From: an uncultured virus (IMG/VR IMGVR_UViG_3300032326_001267)
Taxonomy: Duplodnaviria; Heunggongvirae; Uroviricota; Caudoviricetes
Length of the DNA: 64,000 bases
IMG/VR virus record: IMGVR_UViG_3300032326_001267
Strand: one strand, 5' to 3'
Both the position numbers and the translations under genes were made by a program. Positions 11,110-21,267 of this stretch are shown here, piece by piece. The first letter of the stretch is position 1, and every line of letters starts with the position of its first letter. The notes beneath the pieces were generated by a model that ran no database searches, was not told the origin of the DNA, and saw only the letters and a program-made list of their open reading frames with translations.

Positions 11110-12062
11110 ACGTTTCATTTCATACAGAACATCTAGGACTTAGAGGTGTAGAAGTATCAGTGTATGATTATGCCAAATATAATGAAGAAATATTAAATAA
11201 TACCTCAGTAATATTTTCACAAAAAAACGGTGATTTAAAAGCATATGATAAATTCTCAAATAGATTTGAAGTAGTATTATATGAAGATTTTAAAGATTTA
11301 CAGTTTGAAATTGACAAAAGAAACATAGAAGTTGCATATTTTCAAAAAGCAGGAAAGTATGATGGAAAGATTTTAAAAAATTGTAAGAACGTAGTTCATT
11401 CAGTTTTTCAATTGTATGAACCTCACGGTGACGTATATGGATACATTTCAGAATGGTTAACCAATAAAATGACAAACGGAAAATATCCTTTTGTTCCTTA
11501 TATTGTAGATATTTTGAATTATGATAACAATTTAGATTATAGAGAAGTTTTAAATATCCCCAAAGATGCAATAGTATATGGATATTATGGGGGAAATGAT
11601 AGTTTTAGCATTCCATTTGCAAAAAAAGCAGTTTATGATATTGCAAAGTCAAATAAAAATATATACTTTTTATTTATGAATGTAGATGTGTTTTGTGAAG
11701 AATTAGAAAATATTCTACATATAGAAGGAACGCATGATTTTGATAAAAAGATATCATTTATAAATACATGTGATGCATGCATTCACGCAAGAAACGGAGG
11801 AGAAAGTTTTGGACTTACAGTAGCAGAATTTTCCGTAAAAAACAAACCAGTGATTACATCTACATACGGTACATTGTTTTTCAATGATTTAGCTCATATT
11901 GATATGTTAAAAGACAAAGCAATAATTTACAATGACTATTCTACATTAGTTAATATATTGACAAATTTATCTAAATATGATATCATGAATAAAAATTGGA
12001 ATGCATATACGGAATATACTCCATCAAAGGTAATGAGTCAATTTAAACAAAAGTTTTTATAA
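11106..12062 (+). CDS. GT4-like glycosyltransferase
   Basis: RGVEVSVYDYA, HARNGGESFGLTVAEF..KPVI. Confidence 0.7.
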   Translation: MNVSFHTEHLGLRGVEVSVYDYAKYNEEILNNTSVIFSQKNGDLKAYDKFSNRFEVVLYEDFKDLQFEIDKRNIEVAYFQKAGKYDGKILKNCKNVVHSVFQLYEPHGDVYGYISEWLTNKMTNGKYPFVPYIVDILNYDNNLDYREVLNIPKDAIVYGYYGGNDSFSIPFAKKAVYDIAKSNKNIYFLFMNVDVFCEELENILHIEGTHDFDKKISFINTCDACIHARNGGESFGLTVAEFSVKNKPVITSTYGTLFFNDLAHIDMLKDKAIIYNDYSTLVNILTNLSKYDIMNKNWNAYTEYTPSKVMSQFKQKFL

Positions 12063-12065
12063 CAT

Positions 12066-12689
12066 ATGAACATTGAGGCACTATACAAAATAAAACAAAA
12101 ATATTTTTTAGAACCAAAAACAATACTAGATATTGGCGCATGTAATGGTTGGTTTGCTGGATTGTGTAAACATGTATGGAGTGATAGCAAAATTACACTG
12201 ATTGAAGCAAATCCATTTTATGCAGAAACGTTGAAAAATACAGGAAACCCATATTTTATAACTTTATTGGGTGAATCACAAAAAACGTCCGTTCCATTTT
12301 ATATTAAAAAAGATGAACCAGGATCAACTGCATCATCAATATATAAAGATTTAGGAGATTACATGAAAAATGGAAATTGTGAGATTGTAAATCTGACAAT
12401 GAATAGACTAGATGACTTAATATTTGAAGGATTTGATTTCATTAAAATTGATACACAAGGATCTGAGGTTGATATAATCAAAGGAGGATTAAATACTGTA
12501 AGAAAATCTAAGTATTTATTATGTGAAGTTTCTCTAAAAGAATGTAATGAAGGAGCACCATTAAAAAAAGACGTACTAGATTATTTATCAAGTATTCACT
12601 TTGAACCAATTGATGTAGCATTTACTCACACTCTAAACGGCGTTCCATTTCAAGAAGACATTTTGTTTGTAAACAATTGTTTAATCTAA
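12066..12689 (+). CDS. FkbM-family methyltransferase
   Basis: ILDIGACNG, IEANP, IKIDTQGSE..IIKGG. Confidence 0.9.
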   Translation: MNIEALYKIKQKYFLEPKTILDIGACNGWFAGLCKHVWSDSKITLIEANPFYAETLKNTGNPYFITLLGESQKTSVPFYIKKDEPGSTASSIYKDLGDYMKNGNCEIVNLTMNRLDDLIFEGFDFIKIDTQGSEVDIIKGGLNTVRKSKYLLCEVSLKECNEGAPLKKDVLDYLSSIHFEPIDVAFTHTLNGVPFQEDILFVNNCLI

Positions 12690-12694
12690 TAAAT

Positions 12695-13396
12695 ATGAAA
12701 GTCTATTATAGAATAAGTGATGCAGGATACAAAAAAGTAAAAGCTCCTTACATCAATAATGAAAATTGTCTCAAAAATTTTGTTAAAAACTTCTTAAACA
12801 ATAAGACGGAGGACATAATAGTATTAGCAGATAATGTATGTGATGATACATACAATATGATAAAATCATATGTTCCAGAGAATAACGTTGTAAAATGTAA
12901 AAAAGGTAGTGGAGCACAGACTTTTAATGTTGTATTAGATATGGCATTAAAATTGAGTGACAATGAAATTGTATATTTTGTTGAAAATGATTATGTACAT
13001 AGACCAAATTCAAGAAAAATTCTAGAAGAAGGATTTGAAACAGGTGCAAATTTTGTGTGTTTATATGATCATCCAGATAAATACATAAACGGCACTGAGG
13101 GAGGTAATCCTCAAATTGAAAACGGAGGAGAATATACCCAAGTATTTTTATCAGAGTCATGTCATTGGAAACTTACCAATTCAACAACCATGACTTTTGC
13201 TGCAAAAGTAAAAACCTTAAAAATTAATGAACCCATATTAAGAAAATGGACTACTGGAACTTATCCTGAAGACTATAAAATGTTTCTGGAATTGAGAGAA
13301 AAAGGAAATTCTTTGATCAGTCCTATTCCAAGTTACTCTACCCACGGTGATTTACCTTGGATGTCACCATTAATTAATTGGGAAACTCAACTATGA
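12695..13396 (+). CDS. GT2-like glycosyltransferase
   Basis: YFVENDYVH, LYDHPDKY, STTMTFA. Confidence 0.6.
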   Translation: MKVYYRISDAGYKKVKAPYINNENCLKNFVKNFLNNKTEDIIVLADNVCDDTYNMIKSYVPENNVVKCKKGSGAQTFNVVLDMALKLSDNEIVYFVENDYVHRPNSRKILEEGFETGANFVCLYDHPDKYINGTEGGNPQIENGGEYTQVFLSESCHWKLTNSTTMTFAAKVKTLKINEPILRKWTTGTYPEDYKMFLELREKGNSLISPIPSYSTHGDLPWMSPLINWETQL

Positions 13397-14160
13397 TATC
13401 AGTAATTATACCTACATACAAAGAACCTGAATATCTAGATCTATGTATTGAATCAATCTTATCAGGTCAAAAATATACCAATGAAATTATAGTAGTGGTT
13501 GATGGTACCAAAGATATCAATCAATCAGTTTTAGATAAATACAAAGATAAAATCAAACCAATTATCTTTGAAGAAAATTATGGACAAACTAAAGCTACAA
13601 ACTTTGGTGTATATTCATCTACCAACAAAGATATATTGGTTGTAAATGATGATAATGTGTTTCCAAAAGATTGGGATAGTATTTTACTAGAAAATTATAA
13701 TTCACGTAATGATGTAATTACCCCCAATCAAATTGAACCATATGACAGTATGTTTAAACAATTCATTAAATATGATTTTGGAAAGTCATTAAATGAATTC
13801 AATCTTGCACATTTCCAAACAGAAGAAGTTAAGTTTAGAAAACAACAAATTGATAACACAGGATCAACTCTTCCGTTTTTAATGTCTAAAGTAAATTATC
13901 TAAAAATAGGTGGATGGGATGAAACATATCCTAGTGGTCATGTTGTAGATTGGGAATTCTTTTTAAAATGTAACTTATGCGGTTTAAATTTGAAGAGAAA
14001 TTATAATCTAAATTTCTATCATTTTGTAAGTATTGGAACTAAATCACCTGAACAAATTGAAAATACAAAAATGAATGAAAAGGCTGGTTTTGAGTACTTT
14101 TTATACAAATGGGGGTCATATCCAAGACACAACCCCCTTACTAATCTCAAGACTTTATAA
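13393..14160 (+). CDS. Glycosyltransferase family 2
   Basis: ISVIIPTY, VVVDG, VNDDN, GGWDE, DWEF. Confidence 0.85.
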   Translation: MISVIIPTYKEPEYLDLCIESILSGQKYTNEIIVVVDGTKDINQSVLDKYKDKIKPIIFEENYGQTKATNFGVYSSTNKDILVVNDDNVFPKDWDSILLENYNSRNDVITPNQIEPYDSMFKQFIKYDFGKSLNEFNLAHFQTEEVKFRKQQIDNTGSTLPFLMSKVNYLKIGGWDETYPSGHVVDWEFFLKCNLCGLNLKRNYNLNFYHFVSIGTKSPEQIENTKMNEKAGFEYFLYKWGSYPRHNPLTNLKTL

Positions 14161-15111
14161 GTAACTTTGAACGGTTTTTCTTAAACCTTCACTAAAATCA
14201 CTTAATTTAAAGTTTGGAAATTCCATTTGAAAGTCTTTGGTATCAATTGCATATCTAAAATCATGACCTTTACGGTCTGTAACATATTCAAACCATTCCC
14301 AGTCAACATTTTGATTTGTAATGTTCTCATAAGTAGCAACAATTGAATGAATTAATTGTATATTAGATATTTCATTGTTACCCCCAATTAAGTATTGTTT
14401 TCCTACAGTACCATCTAATAGAACATTAATTAACGCATTAACGTGGTCTTTAACATAGATCCAATCTCTAATATTCTCTCCGTTACCATAAAGAGGTATC
14501 TTTTCTTTGTTCTTTAATTTGTTGATACAGACAGGTATAAGTTTTTCTGGGAATTGTCTTGGACCATAATTGTTGCTACAATTGGTAATTATTGCTGGAA
14601 ACTTATATGTCTTAACATAACTTCTTACCAATAGATCACTAGCCGCTTTACTAGCGGCATATGGACTGTTGGGTCTATATGGACTATCAACACTAAATTC
14701 CTTTTCTTTATAACTTAAACTACCAAAAACTTCATCAGTAGATACATGAACAAATTTCTTTATATTTGTACCCTTAAAAATTTCCAATAGATTGAAAGTT
14801 CCATTAATATTAGTATCAATGAACTTCTTTGGACCAGTAATAGAGTTATCCACATGAGATTCCGCTGCAAAATGAATCACATAATCCAAATTTAGTGACT
14901 CAAGATAGTTCTTTTGACTTGGAAAGTATGCGGCACATATATCCATAGTCAACTTTTGGTATCTATTATCAGATTCAAATGGAAGATTTTTGTTTGCAGC
15001 ATATGTATTTGCATCTAAATTGTATACTTTTGTAACGTCATTTCTACCAAGAATTTCTTCAATAAAATGACTTCCTATAAATCCACTTCCTCCTGTAACT
15101 AATATGTTCAT
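14155..15111 (-). CDS. rfbB: dTDP-glucose 4,6-dehydratase
   Basis: TGGSGFIGS, FAAESHVDNSI, STDEVFG, PYAASK, CSNNYGPRQFPEKLIP, DRKGHDFRY. Confidence 0.95.
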   Translation of the reverse strand: MNILVTGGSGFIGSHFIEEILGRNDVTKVYNLDANTYAANKNLPFESDNRYQKLTMDICAAYFPSQKNYLESLNLDYVIHFAAESHVDNSITGPKKFIDTNINGTFNLLEIFKGTNIKKFVHVSTDEVFGSLSYKEKEFSVDSPYRPNSPYAASKAASDLLVRSYVKTYKFPAIITNCSNNYGPRQFPEKLIPVCINKLKNKEKIPLYGNGENIRDWIYVKDHVNALINVLLDGTVGKQYLIGGNNEISNIQLIHSIVATYENITNQNVDWEWFEYVTDRKGHDFRYAIDTKDFQMEFPNFKLSDFSEGLRKTVQSYL

Positions 15112-15923
15112 AATAATGTTTTTATTCCTTCGTAAATGTTAATATGTTGTTTAAATCCTAATTTTTTTAACTTGTTTACATTCATGTACATGTCTTTAAC
15201 TTGTACAATCTTGTGAAAGTCAACTGCATCTATAGCTATAATCTTGCTAGATGAATTTGTTTCTTTAATTACAAAATCAATGATTTCCCTAAACTTTTGT
15301 GGAATACCACTTCCAATATTAATAATCTGATTGTAATCAGAACGATATAATACTGAATAAATTGCTTTGCATACATCATCAACATGCATATAGTCTCTAA
15401 TAAAATCACCGTCATAGTATAACTTGATTTCATTGTTAGACTTAATTTCATTGATTAAATACTGTAAAGCATTCTTTTGTTTTGATACTCCGCCGTCAGA
15501 TGGACCATACACATTACACAATCTCAATATTCTATATTTAATCTTGAAAGTTTCACAATAACTTACTATCAATTCTTCCGCACATTTCTTTGTGATACTA
15601 TAAAATCCCTTTGGTTTACAATAAGACTCTTCTGTTGCTGGTAACTCTACGTCTCCATATACAAACCAACTGCTTACAAAATTAAAAACAAGGTTCTTAT
15701 CTTTACAGTTTTGTAAAACATTCAATAGCTTTGTTAGGTTTGTATCTACATCTTTATGAACATCATCAAATACATGATAGTTGTGTGTGGTACTTATCAT
15801 GTACAACACATTTTCATGTACTGGTACATTGTCTTCTCTATTATGTACGTGAGTAGATTCATCATATAACCGTTTAAAGTTACTACCTATGAATCCAGTA
15901 CCACCAAACAAATCAATTTTCAT
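15108..15923 (-). CDS. NAD-dependent epimerase/4-ketoreductase (extended SDR)
   Basis: GGTGFIGS, YSITK, RLCNVYG, RDYMHVDD. Confidence 0.85.
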   Translation of the reverse strand: MKIDLFGGTGFIGSNFKRLYDESTHVHNREDNVPVHENVLYMISTTHNYHVFDDVHKDVDTNLTKLLNVLQNCKDKNLVFNFVSSWFVYGDVELPATEESYCKPKGFYSITKKCAEELIVSYCETFKIKYRILRLCNVYGPSDGGVSKQKNALQYLINEIKSNNEIKLYYDGDFIRDYMHVDDVCKAIYSVLYRSDYNQIINIGSGIPQKFREIIDFVIKETNSSSKIIAIDAVDFHKIVQVKDMYMNVNKLKKLGFKQHINIYEGIKTLL

Positions 15924-17205
15924 ATCTGTTCATTACTTCTTTGATGTATTCAATATTATCATCAGTGATTGTTGGAGAACAACCAATGAAAAATACTTTT
16001 TCTAATACCCCATTTGCATTTGGATAGTTACTCCAATGTTCCAAATGTGAATATGCAGGATGTAACAATATATTTCCAGCAAAATAGTTTCTGGTCTGAA
16101 TACCATTAGCTTCCAAATAAGTTACCAATTTGTTCTTTGACAGATAAGAATCACAAATAATAGGTACACCAAACCAAGAAACATCCGCTCTTTCATCTTG
16201 TGAAGGAAACTTCAATGTTTTAATTGACTCAAAAATGGTTTGAATTGTCTTTTTATTGGTTTTTCTGATTTGATGAAACTCATCAGATTTCTTCAATTGA
16301 GCCAATCCAATACCTCCTTGCAAGTCAAGTGGTTTTAAGTTATATCCAATTTGGGTAAAGAAGTACTTATGGTCAATTTGATATGGCAATTCTTTGATCC
16401 AATTGCTGAATCTACAATTGCAACTACCATTTTTCAATAGATTTGCTGGACCTACACAAAAACAATCTCTTCCCCACCAACTAAAAGATCTAGCCAATTT
16501 AACAATTTCTTCTATATTTGAACTAACCATACCACCTTCACCAGTAGTAATGTGATGTGCTGGATAAAAACTACAACTGGTAGCTACAGCATATTCACAC
16601 AAATCTTTACCTTTCCACTTACTTCCAAAGCTATCACATCCATCCATAATCAATTTAATTCCATATTTATTGGAAATTTCAACCAATTTGTCCATGTCAG
16701 GAGGATTACCCAATACAGGAGAAATGAAGATTGCTTTAGTATTAGGTGTAATCTTTTTCTCTAATTCAATCAAGTCAAAGTTAAGAGTATTGTACTCAAT
16801 ATCTACAAATACAGGCTTTAAATTGTTTTGAACAATTGGATTCAATGTAGTAGGAAAACCAACAACTGATAGTAAAATTTCATCACTATCTGACCATTTG
16901 AAATGCTTTTTAAGAGCCGCAATCATTACAAGATTAGCAGAACTACCAGAATTAACCATTACAGAATATTTCTGATTTATCTTTTTACTAAATTCTTGTT
17001 CAAACTTGTAGACCTTTTCACCACTACTAAACCATTTACCAAATAACAATGAGTCAATAGCTTCAACCAATTCATCATCATCCATTAATGGACCAGAATA
17101 AAATACTTTATTTCTTACACCCTTTAAATTGTGACAGTATTCAGGTATAAACTGTTCTTTTTTTACTTGATTTATAAAATCTACTATAACTTGTCTTTTA
17201 TTCAT
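15913..17205 (-). CDS. rfbH: RfbH/DdhC-like NDP-4-keto-6-deoxyglucose 3-dehydrase (PMP/Fe-S, DegT family)
   Basis: VNSGSSANL, SFYPAHHITTGEGG (His in place of the Schiff-base Lys), WGRDCFC...C Fe-S-type cysteines, GYNLK, FAGN. Confidence 0.85.
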   Translation of the reverse strand: MNKRQVIVDFINQVKKEQFIPEYCHNLKGVRNKVFYSGPLMDDDELVEAIDSLLFGKWFSSGEKVYKFEQEFSKKINQKYSVMVNSGSSANLVMIAALKKHFKWSDSDEILLSVVGFPTTLNPIVQNNLKPVFVDIEYNTLNFDLIELEKKITPNTKAIFISPVLGNPPDMDKLVEISNKYGIKLIMDGCDSFGSKWKGKDLCEYAVATSCSFYPAHHITTGEGGMVSSNIEEIVKLARSFSWWGRDCFCVGPANLLKNGSCNCRFSNWIKELPYQIDHKYFFTQIGYNLKPLDLQGGIGLAQLKKSDEFHQIRKTNKKTIQTIFESIKTLKFPSQDERADVSWFGVPIICDSYLSKNKLVTYLEANGIQTRNYFAGNILLHPAYSHLEHWSNYPNANGVLEKVFFIGCSPTITDDNIEYIKEVMNRYEN

Positions 17206-17206
17206 A

Positions 17207-18070
17207 TTATTTCCAATTATTTAAGCAGTAATCAATTGATTCATCAACGGTTCTCATTTTGATTCCAGTTTCTAACAATTTAGTGTTACTCATAACACAA
17301 TTAGAACGTGGTGTTTTAGCATAATTTTTATACAAAGTTTCTTCATCAATTAATGTAAAGTTTTTATCCTTTGCAATAGTCATCTTTAACTTTTCAATCA
17401 AAATGTCAGTGGTAATATACCCCGTATTTGTTACGTTGTAAATACCAAAAGGAACTTTATTTGTAATTGTTTGTATACAAGCACTTACAAATTCTTGTTT
17501 GTTGCTAATTGAATTTTCTGCTTGTAATAACTTATCATATTTTAACATTTTACTAATATAATTACGTGAATTATTATATTCCTCAAAAGGTATTCTTAAT
17601 CTCCAAATATAATTTTTATCCCACTTTGATACAATCTTCTCTGAAATTGCTTTTGTCCCACTATAAAAACTACAATTGTTTTGTTTAAATGAAAAGTTTG
17701 GTTCATCTTCCTCTGTAAATGGACTACCATCCAATTGTCTTCCAGAGTAAATACATCCACTTGATACATGACCCAATGTAATATCATTCAACATACACCA
17801 GTCAGTTAATATTTGAGGCCAAACAATATTACCGTGAATAGTGTCTTCTTTAGCCAATTCACACGCATCTACATTTGGTTTTCCAGTATATCCAGCCGCA
17901 TTAATTACAGCATCAATAATTGGATAACCTTCATCTTCATACCATTTTTCTAAGTCATAAAACGTTGTATTTGCGGTATCATTCCAACATTTAAATTTGA
18001 TTTGTTTTTGTTCTAATTGACGTTTAAATTCACTGCCAATGTATCCAGTTGACCCAAATAGTATAATCAT
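17207..18070 (-). CDS. RmlD-like NDP-4-keto-6-deoxyglucose epimerase/reductase (NRS/ER-like)
   Basis: GSTGYIG, AAGYTGKPNVDACE, SSGCIY, SFYSGTK, LRIPF, PRSNC. Confidence 0.75.
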   Translation of the reverse strand: MIILFGSTGYIGSEFKRQLEQKQIKFKCWNDTANTTFYDLEKWYEDEGYPIIDAVINAAGYTGKPNVDACELAKEDTIHGNIVWPQILTDWCMLNDITLGHVSSGCIYSGRQLDGSPFTEEDEPNFSFKQNNCSFYSGTKAISEKIVSKWDKNYIWRLRIPFEEYNNSRNYISKMLKYDKLLQAENSISNKQEFVSACIQTITNKVPFGIYNVTNTGYITTDILIEKLKMTIAKDKNFTLIDEETLYKNYAKTPRSNCVMSNTKLLETGIKMRTVDESIDYCLNNWK

Positions 18071-18909
18071 AATATTCTCTCTAAGTATTGTTTATATTCA
18101 CTCTTAGGCATTTTGTCAACTATATTAGATAGTTGTTGTTTATTAATAAACTTCTTTCTGTAACAATCTTCCTCAACACATCCAATTTTAATGCCTTGTC
18201 TTTCTTGAATTGTTTGTATATAAGCACCACTTTGATATAAAGATTCAGGCGTTCCTGCATCTAACCATACAGTACCTCTTGGAAATTGTATTACTGTTAG
18301 CTTTTGTTTTTCTAAATAAATTCTGTTTAAATCAGTGATTTCTAATTCACCTCTAGCAGATGGCTTCAATGACTTTGATAGTTTCACCACTTCATTGTCA
18401 TAAAAATATAAACCAGGAACAGCATAGTTACTCTTTGGATTGGTAGGCTTTTCTTCAATAGAAATAGCTTGTCCATTTTCATTAAACTCAATTACACCAT
18501 ATGCAGTTGGATCATTTACTTGATATGCAAATACAATTGCACCATCTAAAGTTGGTTTCATTCTAGCCATTCCATGAAAAATATTGTCTCCCAATATCAA
18601 TCCAACATCGTCATTCTGAATAAAATCTTCAGCAATAATAAATGATTCAGCAATACCCCTTGGTTTATATTGAACCTTATAACAAATATCCAATCCTAAA
18701 TGTTTGCCGTCACCAAACAACTTCTCATACAAGGGTAAATATTCTGGTGTACTGATAATACAAAACTCTCTAATGCCACATGTTATCATTGTAGATAACG
18801 GATAGTAGATCATTGGTTTATCATAAACTGGTAATAATTGTTTATTAACCGTTGTTGTAAGAGGATATAATCTACTACCAGTTCCTCCAGATAAAATAAT
18901 TCCTTTCAT
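18067..18909 (-). CDS. rfbA: Glucose-1-phosphate thymidylyltransferase
   Basis: GIILSGGTGSRLYP, KQLLPVYDKPMIYYPLS, LGDNIF, EEKP, PSARGELEITD. Confidence 0.95.
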   Translation of the reverse strand: MKGIILSGGTGSRLYPLTTTVNKQLLPVYDKPMIYYPLSTMITCGIREFCIISTPEYLPLYEKLFGDGKHLGLDICYKVQYKPRGIAESFIIAEDFIQNDDVGLILGDNIFHGMARMKPTLDGAIVFAYQVNDPTAYGVIEFNENGQAISIEEKPTNPKSNYAVPGLYFYDNEVVKLSKSLKPSARGELEITDLNRIYLEKQKLTVIQFPRGTVWLDAGTPESLYQSGAYIQTIQERQGIKIGCVEEDCYRKKFINKQQLSNIVDKMPKSEYKQYLERIL

Positions 18910-18919
18910 ATAACTCTTA

Positions 18920-18935
18920 TATTTATAGATAAATA
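18920..18935. promoter_or_regulatory. Back-to-back TATTTAT(A) elements (+ 18920-18927, - 18929-18935) between divergent genes
   Basis: Motif present on each strand in a 34-bp divergent gap; the same motif recurs before late-type genes. Confidence 0.5.
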
Positions 18936-18943
18936 GACCGTTT

Positions 18944-19273
18944 ATGATTTATATAATTTTTTTAAATACGTTTTTGTTGGTTGTCTGGTTTAACACAGAT
19001 GCATTTGTTGAATACTTCAAATTCACCGGCAATTTATTCAAAATCAAAGAGTATGAACTTGAAAAAAATAATGACTTTAGTTTGAACTACCACTCATTCT
19101 TATTAAAGAAATACAACAGCTTTTTAATCAGACTAATTACATGTCCACTATGTTTTAATTTTTGGATAACTTTTCTGTTTACAATTGTTTTTAATTATCA
19201 ATTTATTTGTATTCCAATAATATATATACTATCATTATTGATATATTTTATATTTACTAAGTTATCACCATGA
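18944..19273 (+). CDS. Small membrane protein with CxxC (DUF1360-like)
   Basis: Hydrophobic segments and RLITCPLCFNFW. Confidence 0.55.
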   Translation: MIYIIFLNTFLLVVWFNTDAFVEYFKFTGNLFKIKEYELEKNNDFSLNYHSFLLKKYNSFLIRLITCPLCFNFWITFLFTIVFNYQFICIPIIYILSLLIYFIFTKLSP

Positions 19274-19557
19274 ATATAAGCAACGTTACTGATTTCTATC
19301 ATTTAGTCAAAAGGTCAAATTTACAGTCATTTAACTCAAACTTAAATGTGTTTCTTGATTGTGTAGATAACTATAACCGTATCTGTAATTGTAAATCAAA
19401 TGAAAAATCAAACAAGTACAGAGAGTGTCATGATCTATACAAAAGAACCGTTTTAAATGACATTGCAGCAATAAAACATGAAATATTTAAAAACACAACT
19501 GACAGTGTAGTTGTGTTTTATGACGGTGGAACAGTTATTCTTACGTTAACTAAGTAA
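19270..19557 (+). CDS. Hypothetical protein
   Basis: ATGA overlap with the upstream gene; fills the gap. Confidence 0.6.
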   Translation: MNISNVTDFYHLVKRSNLQSFNSNLNVFLDCVDNYNRICNCKSNEKSNKYRECHDLYKRTVLNDIAAIKHEIFKNTTDSVVVFYDGGTVILTLTK

Positions 19558-20151
19558 TGATTTTAAAGCATCTTTAACACAAGAATTCAAATACGGATTA
19601 TCAATTATTGATTTACTATTATCAGCTTGTTTCCATTCCAGCTGACAATCACTCTTAAGTTTAACTAATGGATCATTAATTTTTTCATGTTCATTTGGTG
19701 GTTCTGTAAATACACGTTGATCCCAATCATTGTAAGTGTATTTGCTTACGTGAATCAATTTTCCACCCAATACTTCTTTAACCCAATACACTTCATCTTG
19801 TGGATACTGGTCATATCTAATATCTGATACAAAAATTACTTCACTATCATCTGATTCTATATCTTTCTGAAGCATAGATGTCCAGTATGTACCCTCAGTC
19901 TGTTTTCTCTTTACTCCACCATACCACACCAACATTTCTCTGAAAATAGCTTTATCTTCAGTCTTCTCTGTAAAGACATCTAATCCCAACTTAGTTCTGA
20001 TAAACTCTTCACAGTCTTTTTTAAGATAATAAGCTAATGCATATTGCTTAGCTTTGATACCATCTTGTGACAATTGTTTAATTGCAATATCACAGAACAA
20101 ATTTTTGCCACTACGGGCAACACCAGATACACCAATATATTTTTTAGTCAT
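19546..20151 (-). CDS. Deoxynucleoside monophosphate kinase-like P-loop protein
   Basis: IGVSGVARSGKN, ALAYYLK, VSDIRY. Start taken at MTKKY (20151). Confidence 0.75.
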   Translation of the reverse strand: MTKKYIGVSGVARSGKNLFCDIAIKQLSQDGIKAKQYALAYYLKKDCEEFIRTKLGLDVFTEKTEDKAIFREMLVWYGGVKRKQTEGTYWTSMLQKDIESDDSEVIFVSDIRYDQYPQDEVYWVKEVLGGKLIHVSKYTYNDWDQRVFTEPPNEHEKINDPLVKLKSDCQLEWKQADNSKSIIDNPYLNSCVKDALKSLLS

Positions 20152-20671
20152 TATCAAATAATTTCTCCAATTCTTTTTCAGTTTTGCCGTATAACTTACA
20201 TACATCAATCAAATCTGTCAATCCTTTTTCATTCTTAATCATCATAACACAATAGTCATACGCATCTGATTTACTTATCTGATAATGAGTAGCAACCAAT
20301 TGAATTAACTCTTTATTGACAGATTTCTTACTAGCCTTGATCCACTTACAAAACTTACGTCCATGTGGTACCACATCACAACTCACCTTATAAAACAATC
20401 TATCTGGAATAGAATCAAAGTATTTAGAGATATAAGCAATCTCTTCAATACAAGACTGATCCATACTCAATCCCATCAACAATACATACTTGTTGAAAGA
20501 TTTCTTTTCTTCTACTGATAGTTTATCATAATAATCAGGAGACTTTACTTCTCTAATATGATTGATGTGGTCAAATAACCCTTTACTCTTCACTAAGTTC
20601 TTTTTCTCTTCTTTCAATGTTTCTGAGTTTTTCACTGATTGAAGGGTCTTGTTTTTTGGTGGTCTTCCCAT
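20144..20671 (-). CDS. Clamp loader small subunit (T4 gp62-like)
   Basis: LFDHINHI, FNKYVL..GLSM, RKFCKWIK, LVATHYQIS..AYDY pattern. Confidence 0.65.
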   Translation of the reverse strand: MGRPPKNKTLQSVKNSETLKEEKKNLVKSKGLFDHINHIREVKSPDYYDKLSVEEKKSFNKYVLLMGLSMDQSCIEEIAYISKYFDSIPDRLFYKVSCDVVPHGRKFCKWIKASKKSVNKELIQLVATHYQISKSDAYDYCVMMIKNEKGLTDLIDVCKLYGKTEKELEKLFDND

Positions 20672-20942
20672 AATAATTGTTAATTCTAGCTCTTAGTGAA
20701 TTTATAATTGTCAACAGTTGTTTCTGATTTTCAAATAATGTGTTTACATCAGTTGTTAACTTACTTACAGTTTCCTCCAAATTCTTTGAAGATTCAAGAG
20801 TTTTCTTGATCTTATTTTCCAAATATAAAGAATATAACGCCACTGCTAGTAAAGCAAGTGGCGTTACAAACTTGGAATACAAAGACAATGAAACTGCAAT
20901 ACTTGCAAGTATAACTACTATAATTAGTTTAGTGATACTCAT
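20583..20942 (-). CDS. Membrane protein with two N-terminal TM segments and a coiled coil
   Basis: Hydrophobic N-terminus followed by a heptad-like region. Confidence 0.55.
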   Translation of the reverse strand: MSITKLIIVVILASIAVSLSLYSKFVTPLALLAVALYSLYLENKIKKTLESSKNLEETVSKLTTDVNTLFENQKQLLTIINSLRARINNYYGKTTKKQDPSISEKLRNIERREKELSEE

Positions 20943-20961
20943 TGTCTTTATTGTGCCTACA

Positions 20962-21165
20962 TCAGGCAGTAACTTCAGCCAATACGTTCTTTAGAGCATT
21001 AATCTGACGACCATTTAGTTCAATGCGCTTCTTACCAGCACGAATTGTCAAACGCTTACCAACACTCTTAACTCCCTTGAATGGAGCAGAAGCAAAGGTC
21101 TCTAGACCTTGAACCTTGTTGTAAGCGAATGTAGTCTTATTCTTTGTATTTTTACGTGTAACCAT
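20962..21165 (-). CDS. Small basic hypothetical protein
   Basis: K/R-rich 67 aa, with its own promoter and A-rich leader. Confidence 0.65.
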   Translation of the reverse strand: MVTRKNTKNKTTFAYNKVQGLETFASAPFKGVKSVGKRLTIRAGKKRIELNGRQINALKNVLAEVTA

Positions 21166-21225
21166 ATGTTTTATTTATTTATTTTATGTTTTTGTTTATT
21201 GTTAGTCAATCAACTAACTATTAAG

Positions 21226-21254
21226 ACTCTAACATGATACCTATATTCCGTCAA
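21226..21254 (-). promoter_or_regulatory. Sigma70-like promoter TTGACG-N17-TAGAGT
   Basis: Read directly; both hexamers match those at 27329-27357. Confidence 0.7.
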
Positions 21255-21267
21255 CACTTATCATTAA

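Noticed and set aside
1..18909. Bacterial O-antigen locus or prophage boundary
   Set aside because: No flippase, polymerase, integrase or att-like site was seen, the rfbA operon carries the phage TATTTAT element, and a similar island flanks the tail genes.
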